From positions 1 to 64,000 of the IMG/VR virus record IMGVR_UViG_2563367173_000002: DNA of 64,000 bases; one strand, written 5' to 3'. The number at the start of each line of letters is the position of its first letter. Position 1 is the first letter of the stretch. The notes under the pieces are model-generated. The model saw nothing but the letters and a program-made list of their open reading frames with translations. It was not told the origin of the DNA and did no database searches. Of the stretch, positions 19,694-30,265 are shown piece by piece. The translations under genes were made by a program, and so were the position numbers. The DNA comes from a virus (Duplodnaviria > Caudoviricetes).

Positions 19694-19960
19694 TTACGCT
19701 CCTCTATTTGAAGTCAAAATAACCTTTTCTTTATTCATTTCTACCTCAGTAACTTCTACTTTTCCTTTTCTAAAATCATCAGAGTTACATCTAGCACAAC
19801 GTTCAGCATGTAGTTTGTCTACTGCCAAAACTACAATAGCATCATCTTCACACCAATCTGCTTTTCTTGTTACTAAGAATACTTTTAATTTTTGTTTTGG
19901 CTGTATTGCTGTTAATAATTTTTCCATATCAACTTTTGTTGTTGCAGGATCACCTATCAT
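19694..19960 (-). CDS. hypothetical protein
   Basis: AAGGTG RBS, operon orientation. Confidence 0.65.
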   Translation of the reverse strand: MIGDPATTKVDMEKLLTAIQPKQKLKVFLVTRKADWCEDDAIVVLAVDKLHAERCARCNSDDFRKGKVEVTEVEMNKEKVILTSNRGA

Positions 19961-19969
19961 TTCATCACC

Positions 19970-20221
19970 TTATATATTTTGTTCAATCAATATTTGCAAT
20001 GTTTTTAATGTTTCATATGCTCTGTTTCCAATTTTTGCAATACTCTGTTCTGTTCTATTTTTGTATTTTGAATTATTTATTAAATCTTCGATTCCGTTTT
20101 CAACTAAAGAAATAATTTTTTCTTGATTTTTATATCTTGTTTCATCTATTGCAGAATCTCCATAAGGTTCACTATATCCAACAAGTAAACCTACTACTTC
20201 TAACATAGTTTCGTTTGACAT
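19970..20221 (-). CDS. hypothetical protein
   Basis: AGGAG RBS. Confidence 0.65.
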   Translation of the reverse strand: MSNETMLEVVGLLVGYSEPYGDSAIDETRYKNQEKIISLVENGIEDLINNSKYKNRTEQSIAKIGNRAYETLKTLQILIEQNI

Positions 20222-20267
20222 TCTTACATTCTCCTACTCTTGAAAGTCCTATTTCATCGGCATATTT

Positions 20268-20315
20268 AGTCTATATATAGTGGTTCGCAAAATCAAAATC
20301 CACTATATATAGACA
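20268..20315. promoter_or_regulatory. tandem NrdR-box pair
   Basis: CTATATATAG at 20271 and 20303 (32-bp offset) matching the CwAtATaTwG core. Confidence 0.6.
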
Positions 20316-20319
20316 ATTT

Positions 20320-22614
20320 TTATGCTGTTTTCTTCAAATTCTCACAAGTTTCCTTTATCAATCTCTGCATAAATGTGTTTCTTACAAAATTCGCTTTCTT
20401 TTTTACAGACTGGTTTACAGTATCTATATTCCCTAAATGAAAGCACTTCTCTTTCATCCTGGTCAGTCCCACATATATAAGATTGGAATTCAACATATAC
20501 GCATGGGACTGAGGTGTAAGCAGAATAACCACCTTTATTGAACTTCCCTGTGATTTATGGATCGTAATACAATATCCAAGACCAACCATCTGCATATCAT
20601 TTCTGTAATACTTTACCTTTACACCATCAAAATCAATGATTAGATAACTTGTAAATACGTCCTTTACAATACCCGTTTCTCCATTTGCAATAAACGTTTC
20701 TCTTAAATCCTCGTCAAACCCATATTCATCATCTACAAATAACTGTGCGTGATAGTTATTAACATTCTGTATAATCTGATCACCTTTAAAATAAACTGTA
20801 TCTCCAACTTTCATACATTCTGTGCTGCCATAATTTGGATTGGCGACCTTCTGTATTGCGTTGTTTATTACTACTGTTCCAACATCTCCCTTCTTATATG
20901 ATGTAAGCAACTGTATATCCTCAACTTTATATCCTTGTGATAGCAATTTCTTGTATAAAGCAACTGCATTTTTAACCATAATGTCACTACCAACATTAAC
21001 AAACGCATAGTCTTTATTTGTACCAAACCATGTGAATTGATTATTGATTCCTGTAAGATATTCCTTACAAAAACGGACATCCGTTGCAACTTTCATCAGT
21101 CCACCTTCCCCATAACGGAAAACTTTTGTTAATGTAACCGTTGGAATAATATTGGTCTGCATAAAATCATGAAGTAAATTTCCACATGATACCGATGGAA
21201 GCTGCGCATTATCTCCTATCAACAGTAACTTTGTTCTATCAAAATCAACAGCATCTAGCACTCTTTTTAATAAGAATATATCTGTCATAGAAAACTCATC
21301 AATAATCAAAGCATCACAATCCAATTTGTGTTTTTCATTGAAGCTCCATGTATCAGGAGGCATATATCCCAAACCTCTATGTATTGTCATGGCATGTTCT
21401 TTGGTATAATCAGATAATACCTTTGCTGCCTTTCCTGTTGGAGAAAACAACCTAAATGATTTATTGTTGTCCTTCAACATATTGATGACTGCCTGAGTAC
21501 AAAAGGATTTTCCTGTCCCTCCAGCTCCATTTAGGATGCAAACATTATATTTACAGATATTCTCTACAATTTTTACCTGCTCATCTGATAGTTCACAGCC
21601 ATTAACCGTATGGTACTTCTTATAATTAAAATCCCATCTGTTTTTTGTATTTACAAGACCACCAACTATTTTCTCTGCTATATATTTCTCTATTTCATAT
21701 GTCCTTCTGATCGAAACAACCATAGATTCCTTGTCATAATAAATGCTTTCATGCTTCATACACTCTACAAAATGATTAGAACACGCCGGAACCATCTTCA
21801 TACATTGATTCCTTAATTCATTGATTGACATTAGCGTATGTCCGTCTTCTTCATTTTTCTCCAATAGATACAACATACAGGATAAACATCTATGATTGCT
21901 TGTTTTTAATTCTGACTCAAATTCTATAATTTCTGGTCCCCCATTTTTAACACTCTCTTTTGAAACCTTTTCCAATTCCAACAAAATACTATCTGCCGTT
22001 GCAAACCCTACCCTGGCTAATCCACATAAGCATTTATACGGATCTTCTTTTAGTTTCTTCTTAATCATGGTAATTGATGAATACTTCTCGTACAGCTTTT
22101 TCAACATAGGAAGACTCAATAATCCTTGAAACTCTACTACTAATTCTGCCAAGCAGAAATTTTCAACAATCTTATCCTTGATAATATTAAACGTATATTC
22201 CTTAATTCCATGTAATTTATTCAAATCTATATCATCAAGATTATTATTCATTACACGATCAACAATATCTGGATATACCTCATATAATGTCTGCGCTTGA
22301 TTGAGTGTCAGTATTTCTTGAAGGAAAACATACATATCATCAGCAGATTGTGGCTTGTTTCTTCGGATATTGATAACTTTATATCCCCAACCATTTTTCG
22401 TTAGCTGCTCAACCGCCTTTATCTCATATTCGATTCCTTTGCCCAACTCATGTATCTCGCCAGATATTGTTGCATTCCCATACTTCGTGAGTTTAATATC
22501 TGGGTAGATATCTTTATTGACATCTACTGCATATACCCTGTAATCTTCACTTTCGTATATAGGTCTTACAATTCTACCTTTAAATAATACTTCTTTTTCA
22601 TCGTTATTTTTCAA
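20320..22614 (-). CDS. recD2: RecD2-like SF1B helicase
   Basis: GAGGTGKS, SPTGKAA, TIHR, IIDEFSM, GDNAQL, TIHKSQGS, YVGLTR. Confidence 0.92.
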   Translation of the reverse strand: MKNNDEKEVLFKGRIVRPIYESEDYRVYAVDVNKDIYPDIKLTKYGNATISGEIHELGKGIEYEIKAVEQLTKNGWGYKVINIRRNKPQSADDMYVFLQEILTLNQAQTLYEVYPDIVDRVMNNNLDDIDLNKLHGIKEYTFNIIKDKIVENFCLAELVVEFQGLLSLPMLKKLYEKYSSITMIKKKLKEDPYKCLCGLARVGFATADSILLELEKVSKESVKNGGPEIIEFESELKTSNHRCLSCMLYLLEKNEEDGHTLMSINELRNQCMKMVPACSNHFVECMKHESIYYDKESMVVSIRRTYEIEKYIAEKIVGGLVNTKNRWDFNYKKYHTVNGCELSDEQVKIVENICKYNVCILNGAGGTGKSFCTQAVINMLKDNNKSFRLFSPTGKAAKVLSDYTKEHAMTIHRGLGYMPPDTWSFNEKHKLDCDALIIDEFSMTDIFLLKRVLDAVDFDRTKLLLIGDNAQLPSVSCGNLLHDFMQTNIIPTVTLTKVFRYGEGGLMKVATDVRFCKEYLTGINNQFTWFGTNKDYAFVNVGSDIMVKNAVALYKKLLSQGYKVEDIQLLTSYKKGDVGTVVINNAIQKVANPNYGSTECMKVGDTVYFKGDQIIQNVNNYHAQLFVDDEYGFDEDLRETFIANGETGIVKDVFTSYLIIDFDGVKVKYYRNDMQMVGLGYCITIHKSQGSSIKVVILLTPQSHAYMLNSNLIYVGLTRMKEKCFHLGNIDTVNQSVKKKANFVRNTFMQRLIKETCENLKKTA

Positions 22615-22627
22615 TATGTAACCTCAC

Positions 22628-25600
22628 CTACTTAATCACTTCATAATTTGTCAGCACATCTTCTAATTCATCCGTTACAGTCCAGACTCCGTTGATAGGC
22701 TTCTTTTTAAACTCTTTATCAAATTCCTTTATCTTTAGCACTGAATATAATCCAAATGGACTTTCTTTAAATATTCTGCCCTGTTTAATCCTTGAATGTA
22801 TTTCTTCGCCAGTCCTTACTTTTCGTGCTGTAAAATATGGTTTAGTCGCATCTTTAAATGTTTTGTAGTCCACAATAATATAGTAATTGTCGCTAACTTT
22901 AGGATTTGTATATACCACCATTTCAAGATGTTCCTTTTCAAATTTGATCATCTCAATGATACCCATTTCCTTATTCTCTATATGTCCACACACTTCTTTA
23001 ACCAAACCAATATTATCAATTTCTTTAAACAAAGAATTTGTTTCCTTTCCTGAATACTTCTTTGCTATATATTCAGAAATACCCAATTCTTCCAATTTGC
23101 TCTTTTTTATCTGCTTACAAGTTGCAAATTTGTCATAAACATGTATAAACCCTAATAGATATTTATTTTTGCCAAACTCCGAGAAGAAATTCAAACCAGT
23201 AAGGATTTCTAACTGCCTAGAATTAACAGATGTATACTCTTTTATATCCTTGATAAGTTCTACAAATGAATCGTATTTATTATCTCTTAGTGCATACAGT
23301 TCTTCAGCAATAGTATCGTTACAGTATTTAATTGCTCCAATCCCTTGATAGATAGTTCCACTGTCTTTGTCATACTCATATTCTGCTTTCGATTTTCTGA
23401 ATCTTATAGGTTCTATCGTATAGCCTTTTGACAAAATATATTCTTTAATATTCAAAGACTTTTCTTTATCAGATGTATAAATATTGAGAGCAGACGTTAA
23501 AGTTTCAATTGTGTAATAATGCCTTAAATAACCACAAGCAAATCCCAAAAATGAATATGGATCAGCATGGTTTTTAGAAAATAAGTATGCTGACGCATCA
23601 ATAATTACTTGAAGAAAATTTACAATCAATTCTTCTGCTTTTTCATTCTCTACACTATACTCATCTTTCATTGTTTGTATAAAGCCTTTGATATAATGAT
23701 TATTTACAGGCTTTCCTTTATCATCAAGCATATATCCACCATCTTTAATGACTGGTATATCATTTTCTGTACCTGTTTTCTTACTAAAGTGCCTACGCAC
23801 AATATCAGCTTCGCCCATTGTAAAACCACAGAACTTATATAAAAACTCTATAATCTGTTCCTGATATACTAAATAGCCAAGTGTAGGAGCCAGGAAATCA
23901 TTCAATGCAGCATGTCCATTATCTCTATAAATTCCTTGTGATAATTCTGTTCTGTAAGAAGCTCCTGCTGGTCTGATTGCACCATTAGCCATACTCATCA
24001 AGTCTATGTATGAGAAATTTGGATTCTGTTTTTTAATATTTTCGATGGTTGACTCACTTAGAATATCTCTTAGATATGAACCAGCAAAATCTGATTCAAA
24101 CTGAAAAATCAGAGTAGTATCTTTTGCAATATCGTCCCATACATTTTTATCATTGAAATCAATATTATCTGGCGTAATAAATGGGATGCCAACAGCTTTA
24201 CATGTCTTATCTATAAGTCCTACACAATCAAGTCCAAGAATATCCAACTTCACATAATTCAAAGAATCTATCTCTTTCATATTTATCTGTGAAATCGGTT
24301 TATAATCTGAAGAGATATATAGTGTGCCAAATGCTTTATCTACCTCATGAGGTGATACGACAAGTCCGGCTGCGTGTCTACCAAGTGATGTAATAGTGCC
24401 AACAACAATATCTACATACTCAAATAATTCCTTATGCTTATTTCTAACCTTTTCGTCAACAAATTCTTTTTTATTTTCGTCTTCCTGAACAAGATTAGAT
24501 AACTCCTGGGTTTCCTGTGGTGTCATTCCTAATGCTCTTCCAACATCCTTAATCGCGCCACGCATTTTTATTGTATTAAAAGTGATAATATTGCAACAAT
24601 ACAATCCTTCTTTTTCAAATAGGTATTTTCTAACTTTCCACCTATCTTCACTGAACCAGTCTGAATCTACATCTGCAAGACTGATCCTTTCTTTGTTCAT
24701 AAAACGCTCAAAATTCAAATTGTATTTAATACTGTCAACATCCGTGATTCCAAGCAAATATGCTATTATGCTCCCAGATACCGACCCCCTTGAATATCCA
24801 TAATGTACACCTTGTTTTCTAAGCTCTCTTTTGTAGTCTTCTTCAAGCAACATAAAGTCAATAGCGTCATTATGTTTATATGTTTCTATCTCATACACAA
24901 TCTTATCTTTATATTCTTGAAAGTTTTTGTACTTATTTACCCCTCTCTCCTTAATGCCATCTAATATTTTCTGTTTGAAAACACCCATAGAATCATTGTA
25001 TAATTTTGGATATTTCTTTGAATAATCCAGACTAAATTCTTCTATGGAGTCAGCCATAACATTTGTATTTTCTATTGCTTCCAGATAAACATCTTTAGAT
25101 AATGCTCTCTGTTTTTCGTATGCCTTTACCAATTCATCATAACTTTTAAAAGTCAAATCCCAATTTGACTCATTATCAAATTTCACCTCTTTCGATTTCT
25201 GCATAATTGTTCTGCCAAGCAAATGTCTTTCATCCAAAGCATGTGTATCTGTTCCAGCAATCAAAGGTATTCCATGTTTTTTTGAAATAAAAGCAAGATA
25301 TTGGTTATACTTAATCTGCATATCATCAAAATGATGCTGAATTTCTAAATAACATCTATGCTTGTTATCAATCAGAAACTTTAAAAATTTCTCTTGTATT
25401 TCCTTCGTTCCACTGGCTAATATACCACCAATACATGCTGTGCATATAATTATGTTGTCTGATGTGGAAATTAATTCATCAAATGAAATCCTTGGATTGT
25501 AATAAAAATGACCATCTCTTACAAATGCTCTTGAAGATAATTCATTTAATTCAACCACTCCATCATAGTTTTTTGCAATTAAAACACAGTGGTAATTATC

Positions 25601-25942
25601 TCTTTTTTGAGTTTTGTTCTCTTCTATATATTTGTTGATCTCTTCCTGCGCTTCTTTTTCATCTGTACCAAGTAATGATTTACATAATTCTGTTGTATCA
25701 GGTTCAAAATATAATTGTTCTGTCACATAAAACTCTTCTGCATGAATATATTTCATGCCGCATGATTCTATTTTTGTTTTTTTATGTACCCATTCCAATA
25801 TAGAACCATGCTCTGAAAATCCCATCGCTCTCATTCCTAACGACTGCGCATAGGAAATATATTCATTGTATTTTGTAACACTATCTATATTAGTCACGCC
25901 ATTACTTAGATCACTATGCAGATGATATACTGTATAATTCAA
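22628..25942 (-). CDS. dnaE: DNA polymerase III alpha subunit
   Basis: PHP domain (HLHS, EHG, TDTH), RGSVSGS, ADVDSD, HAAG, KLDILGL, FSKNHA. Confidence 0.95.
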   Translation of the reverse strand: MNYTVYHLHSDLSNGVTNIDSVTKYNEYISYAQSLGMRAMGFSEHGSILEWVHKKTKIESCGMKYIHAEEFYVTEQLYFEPDTTELCKSLLGTDEKEAQEEINKYIEENKTQKRDNYHCVLIAKNYDGVVELNELSSRAFVRDGHFYYNPRISFDELISTSDNIIICTACIGGILASGTKEIQEKFLKFLIDNKHRCYLEIQHHFDDMQIKYNQYLAFISKKHGIPLIAGTDTHALDERHLLGRTIMQKSKEVKFDNESNWDLTFKSYDELVKAYEKQRALSKDVYLEAIENTNVMADSIEEFSLDYSKKYPKLYNDSMGVFKQKILDGIKERGVNKYKNFQEYKDKIVYEIETYKHNDAIDFMLLEEDYKRELRKQGVHYGYSRGSVSGSIIAYLLGITDVDSIKYNLNFERFMNKERISLADVDSDWFSEDRWKVRKYLFEKEGLYCCNIITFNTIKMRGAIKDVGRALGMTPQETQELSNLVQEDENKKEFVDEKVRNKHKELFEYVDIVVGTITSLGRHAAGLVVSPHEVDKAFGTLYISSDYKPISQINMKEIDSLNYVKLDILGLDCVGLIDKTCKAVGIPFITPDNIDFNDKNVWDDIAKDTTLIFQFESDFAGSYLRDILSESTIENIKKQNPNFSYIDLMSMANGAIRPAGASYRTELSQGIYRDNGHAALNDFLAPTLGYLVYQEQIIEFLYKFCGFTMGEADIVRRHFSKKTGTENDIPVIKDGGYMLDDKGKPVNNHYIKGFIQTMKDEYSVENEKAEELIVNFLQVIIDASAYLFSKNHADPYSFLGFACGYLRHYYTIETLTSALNIYTSDKEKSLNIKEYILSKGYTIEPIRFRKSKAEYEYDKDSGTIYQGIGAIKYCNDTIAEELYALRDNKYDSFVELIKDIKEYTSVNSRQLEILTGLNFFSEFGKNKYLLGFIHVYDKFATCKQIKKSKLEELGISEYIAKKYSGKETNSLFKEIDNIGLVKEVCGHIENKEMGIIEMIKFEKEHLEMVVYTNPKVSDNYYIIVDYKTFKDATKPYFTARKVRTGEEIHSRIKQGRIFKESPFGLYSVLKIKEFDKEFKKKPINGVWTVTDELEDVLTNYEVIK

Positions 25943-25956
25943 TCAACCACCACCTT

Positions 25957-27147
25957 TTACAGATTATCTAACCAAGATAAATCTTCATCTTTATCATCAT
26001 TGTTTTCAGATATACCACTACCAACACCGCTAAAAAAGTCATCTCCATTTTGCTGTGCTGCCAATGCGTCCAGATACTTTTTATATGGTTTATGTAAATT
26101 TGGAGAATATGCGCATAATGTTGAGAAATAATAGCTTTGTTTTTCAACTTGTTCTGGAGTATCAAAGAATATCATCTCGGCATTCTCTTTATCAATTAGT
26201 TTCTCAGTTTCATATTTCTCTTCTTTTTCTATAATCTCATCAATCGTATTCGTAATGTCTGTAACCCATCTATCAATAAGTTCCTGTGTTAGATCCACAT
26301 AAACAATACAATCATGAAATTTATATTTAGCCTGTACATCCTTTGGCAGACACTTTATATCATTTGTCTGTGCCAACATATCAAGATACTCTACAAGTTC
26401 ATTTTCGTATCCTAATTTCTTTAACCACATTTTTACACTTGTTTGTAGTTTGTTCCCTATTTCACATCTATCTATTTCTCTTGTAGTCCACTTACCATTT
26501 GCCTGTTCATAATCAACTTTTACATATTTTAAGAAGTCCCAACAAATCTTTATCTTTTCATATGGAACCCCCATCTGATGTAGACTGATTGCATAAACAA
26601 CCAACTGACCACATTCATTTAATGCTTTTTCTCCCTTATATATTGAAGATGTCTTCCAGTCCAAGATATTGAAACACCCATCATTATCTTTAAAGCATAC
26701 ATCTATGTATCCCTGAAATACGTTTTTACCAATCAGGACACTAATAAATCTTTCAATTTCAACTTTGTAAGGGATTGTATGGTGATTATTAAAGAAATGT
26801 TTTAGGTTCTTATAATATTTGTCAGCAATCTTCTTATTTTTTTCGCTATCGTTTCTATCAAATTTCAGTTCTGCAATACCGGCCGTCATCCACGCATCTT
26901 CAAATTCGCTATCCATATCTTCATACTTAATTTTCCCTAAGTATAGATTCTCCATAATTTCATGTGACATACCGCCTGTAACTGTGTAAATACAATCTTG
27001 TCTATCTTCATCAATACATCTAATATATTTTAAGAAATACTCATATGGGCTGTTATGATAAGAGTTAAAACGTGACCAACTCCACAGTCGATCCACTCCA
27101 TACTTTCTTTTTATTTGCTCTAATTCCTCTCCTGTTTTTCTTCCCAT
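25957..27147 (-). CDS. PD-(D/E)XK (RecB/Cas4-like) exonuclease
   Basis: WSWSR, GYID, ILDWKTS, QLVVY. Confidence 0.85.
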   Translation of the reverse strand: MGRKTGEELEQIKRKYGVDRLWSWSRFNSYHNSPYEYFLKYIRCIDEDRQDCIYTVTGGMSHEIMENLYLGKIKYEDMDSEFEDAWMTAGIAELKFDRNDSEKNKKIADKYYKNLKHFFNNHHTIPYKVEIERFISVLIGKNVFQGYIDVCFKDNDGCFNILDWKTSSIYKGEKALNECGQLVVYAISLHQMGVPYEKIKICWDFLKYVKVDYEQANGKWTTREIDRCEIGNKLQTSVKMWLKKLGYENELVEYLDMLAQTNDIKCLPKDVQAKYKFHDCIVYVDLTQELIDRWVTDITNTIDEIIEKEEKYETEKLIDKENAEMIFFDTPEQVEKQSYYFSTLCAYSPNLHKPYKKYLDALAAQQNGDDFFSGVGSGISENNDDKDEDLSWLDNL

Positions 27148-27154
27148 TCATACC

Positions 27155-28243
27155 TCACTTCTTTTTATTCAAACTTTGTAAATATTTTTTATGTTCTCCA
27201 TAGTCATAAACTGTTCTATATTGCATCATAAACTCAAATATTTTATTTAGGGAATCTGCTGGCGAATCTTTATCTCCAAGTAAATCCCATCTATCATACA
27301 AATAAGAAACTTTTCTTATTCCATAAAATTTCTCACAACAATGCCTAATGTGTTCAATATCAATATCCTTGTCTAGTGCAATAATAATCTCACAATTTAA
27401 TCCTATAAGTATTTTCACTTGTTCATCTGATATTTCATGTCCACTTAAAGCTACACCAGTTCCATCATTCAAACTATCTCTTTTTAATACCGACTTTTCA
27501 GCCTCATATACAACTATATATCCTTTACTTTGAATTATTTCTTTGTTCTCCCAAAGTCCAAATAGATTCATTTGTTTTGGATATCCAGGTGTAATAAAAT
27601 ATTTCTTAATATCAAATAATTCATAATTTTCTACAGAAGTTCTCATGTTAAATCCAAGCAGTTCACCAGTAAGCCAATACCGTAAAGGAATAATATTTCT
27701 TTTGTATCTGCAGCTGTAAGCAAGACCAAACTTTTTTACCGTCCAAGACATAATTCCTTCCCGAAAAAAATCTATATGTATATGTGGTACAAAGTCTTGT
27801 AATTCATTCTCATTTAACACATGAAAATCTAATACATTCTGTCTTTTGCGTTTTACCTTTACTTTTTTGAATATGTATAATGGATCAACTACCTCTTTTT
27901 TCTCTTCCTGCTTCTTAAAAGTAAGTGGCAATTCTAATATTTTATGTAGATATTTCACTGTATCAAAGAATGAAAATTTGCTATCACTAATTCTTTTGTT
28001 GTACTGAACTAATGTAAGTAAATCAGAATTATTATCAAATTCTTTTTCTCTGGTGTAATTCACACAACTCAAATATTTATTGTTTTTTACATTAACTGCT
28101 CCTTTGTTATCTCCATTACAATTTGAGCAGCTATAATATTCTTTAGATGGGTGGTAGACTATATGACCGCACCCAATTTCATTTAAAATAAACTCAATCT
28201 TACCATTACTGTATATCCACTCCTTTAACTCGATAACGGTCAT
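27155..28243 (-). CDS. DNA primase (Toprim)
   Basis: N-terminal CxxC, IIP, VYEAEKS, ALDKD, KDSPAD. Confidence 0.8.
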   Translation of the reverse strand: MTVIELKEWIYSNGKIEFILNEIGCGHIVYHPSKEYYSCSNCNGDNKGAVNVKNNKYLSCVNYTREKEFDNNSDLLTLVQYNKRISDSKFSFFDTVKYLHKILELPLTFKKQEEKKEVVDPLYIFKKVKVKRKRQNVLDFHVLNENELQDFVPHIHIDFFREGIMSWTVKKFGLAYSCRYKRNIIPLRYWLTGELLGFNMRTSVENYELFDIKKYFITPGYPKQMNLFGLWENKEIIQSKGYIVVYEAEKSVLKRDSLNDGTGVALSGHEISDEQVKILIGLNCEIIIALDKDIDIEHIRHCCEKFYGIRKVSYLYDRWDLLGDKDSPADSLNKIFEFMMQYRTVYDYGEHKKYLQSLNKKK

Positions 28244-28261
28244 ATATTCATAATCACCACC

Positions 28262-29797
28262 TTAAAAATCTACTGGTACATTGGTAATGCCAATTTCTTT
28301 CATAACATTTCTTGACATATCATGAAGAAACACTACTTGGTATCTATTTGCGGAACCTTCCCTGTTTTTAATAATAAATCCTATCTGATAATGATTATCT
28401 TTATCCAACTTAACAGGTATTTTGGTTTTGCCATTCTTCCCCTCAAGCCTATAAACTTTTAGTTCTCTCCGTTCTCCTGTATATTCGTCATCATACAAAT
28501 CACGGATCATGATACATGTCGATGCAGGATCAATAATATTTTTTGACATTCCTATATTGTCCTGTGTATAAAATCTTTGTTTTACACTTCCTTTCGCTAA
28601 TTGGAAAGTAATCAGAATATGTAAGTTTTTTGATTCTGGTTTTATGACATCATTTATCTCAACCATATTTTGCTGCATTTCAAGCCAAGATTTATCACTC
28701 ACATCTCCGGCATCCAACTTATAAGTATCCAGAATAAAATACTTAACACCCATACTGGAATATTTTTTGATAATTTTTATTGCATTTTTCGTCTTATACT
28801 GTGTAAATGGAATAATTGTTAAAATGTGATTCTGTGTCTGCTCTACTAACCAATCTGCTGCTTTATACAGTAAACTTTTAGTGTCCTCTTGATAATGTCC
28901 ATCTCTTACAATATGCTTTTGCAGATCTTCCTTGATAATATTATTGGCAACAAATATGAGTAATTCTCTTTGCCATTTGTCTAAATTATCCTCATTGATC
29001 ATGGCAACGACACGTTCTTTTTCTTTTATTGCTGTTGGAATTGTTGCATTTCTAGCAAATGTCGATTTACCCACATTACTAAGACCACCAACCAAAGTAA
29101 TAGAACCAAGATATTGACCACCTGTTTCTTTAGTCATCATTTCCATATTGTTATATGGAAGACCTATAGCGACTCCTTTATCCAATCTTTCAATCAAATC
29201 ATATATACCATCACAAATATCATAACTTTTAACATCACAATCCACATTTACAAAAATGTCATTGATAAACGCTTCCCACTCGTTATATATTTCTTCAGCA
29301 GTCATATCACAATATTCGCTGAGTCTATCTTTAACAGGACATCCACGTTTAGCCAATTTAATAACACTATTCCACTTTCGTAATTCCTGGATATATCCAT
29401 ATAAGTTTTCTTCTTTTACATATGTACCAGCATTTACAATGGTGTCATATCCACCATATTCTTCATATTTTGCTCTTAACTTGGAATGTTTTTCGAGATA
29501 TAAACCGACTGTAATATCATCAAGAGAACTTTTCTTTTCAAGTTTGACAATATCATTTGCAATTGTCCAATAGACTCTCCAAATATTGTTATTAAATTCC
29601 TCAAGTTCTAAGTTAGTATCATAAATAGCATCTGGAACCTTATATAGAATTGAGACTATATTTGCCTCCGCTGCTTCTTTGTATTCGTTTATTTTTTTGA
29701 TTGTATCAATCAATTCCTGTTCAAAAGCACTTAATTTCTTTCCTTTTGTGGAAGATTTTACTTTTGATATGTTTTTCACCACCTTACCACAATTCAT
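28262..29797 (-). CDS. dnaB: DnaB-like replicative helicase
   Basis: GGLSNVGKST Walker A, ILDTYK, TFQL, KNREG. Confidence 0.85.
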   Translation of the reverse strand: MNCGKVVKNISKVKSSTKGKKLSAFEQELIDTIKKINEYKEAAEANIVSILYKVPDAIYDTNLELEEFNNNIWRVYWTIANDIVKLEKKSSLDDITVGLYLEKHSKLRAKYEEYGGYDTIVNAGTYVKEENLYGYIQELRKWNSVIKLAKRGCPVKDRLSEYCDMTAEEIYNEWEAFINDIFVNVDCDVKSYDICDGIYDLIERLDKGVAIGLPYNNMEMMTKETGGQYLGSITLVGGLSNVGKSTFARNATIPTAIKEKERVVAMINEDNLDKWQRELLIFVANNIIKEDLQKHIVRDGHYQEDTKSLLYKAADWLVEQTQNHILTIIPFTQYKTKNAIKIIKKYSSMGVKYFILDTYKLDAGDVSDKSWLEMQQNMVEINDVIKPESKNLHILITFQLAKGSVKQRFYTQDNIGMSKNIIDPASTCIMIRDLYDDEYTGERRELKVYRLEGKNGKTKIPVKLDKDNHYQIGFIIKNREGSANRYQVVFLHDMSRNVMKEIGITNVPVDF

Positions 29798-30245
29798 TTA
29801 GTCTTTTATTTCTTAATTCTTCTGTCTTTTTTTGATATTCACCACCATTATGAGATAAAATATTTGTGTCTAACTTATCTATATTTTCTTCTGATTTCTT
29901 CGCTTTCTGTACTCTCAAGTAGACATCATTGATATTATTTTCTACTATTTTGCAAATATAATTAAATTTATTACTTTCAGACTCAAATACCTTATTTGAA
30001 ATAGCACTCATAATGGATGGTTTACAAATTTGGAAAGTATATAAAACAACCTCATAAGAATAATCTGCTTTATCCTCAGTGTTTCTGTTTTCCATATACT
30101 TTCCTTTTGTCAACCCTTTCAGCCTTAATACAAGACCAGAAGGAATTGACTGAGAACTGTCATACAAGAGTATTTCATTTTTCACATACTGGTATAATTT
30201 ATCCCATTGCTCTTTTTCAACACTCGTCATTTTCTTACTTCTCAA
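29784..30245 (-). CDS. conserved replication-module protein
   Basis: Between the AAA ATPase and DnaB, overlapping DnaB. Confidence 0.7.
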   Translation of the reverse strand: MRSKKMTSVEKEQWDKLYQYVKNEILLYDSSQSIPSGLVLRLKGLTKGKYMENRNTEDKADYSYEVVLYTFQICKPSIMSAISNKVFESESNKFNYICKIVENNINDVYLRVQKAKKSEENIDKLDTNILSHNGGEYQKKTEELRNKRLNELW

Positions 30246-30265
30246 TTCAATTCCTCCCTAGAACA

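Noticed and set aside
20241-20256. Junction palindrome as a CcpA cre site
   Set aside because: cre has a 4-bp spacer with a central CG; these have variable 6-bp spacers.
5914-25942. Inteins or group I introns in nrdD, ligA, recD2 or dnaE
   Set aside because: Lengths are normal and motifs are contiguous; no intein termini or frame breaks seen.
25957-27147. Cas4-like nuclease as evidence of CRISPR
   Set aside because: It lies in the replication module; an ordinary phage PD-(D/E)XK exonuclease.
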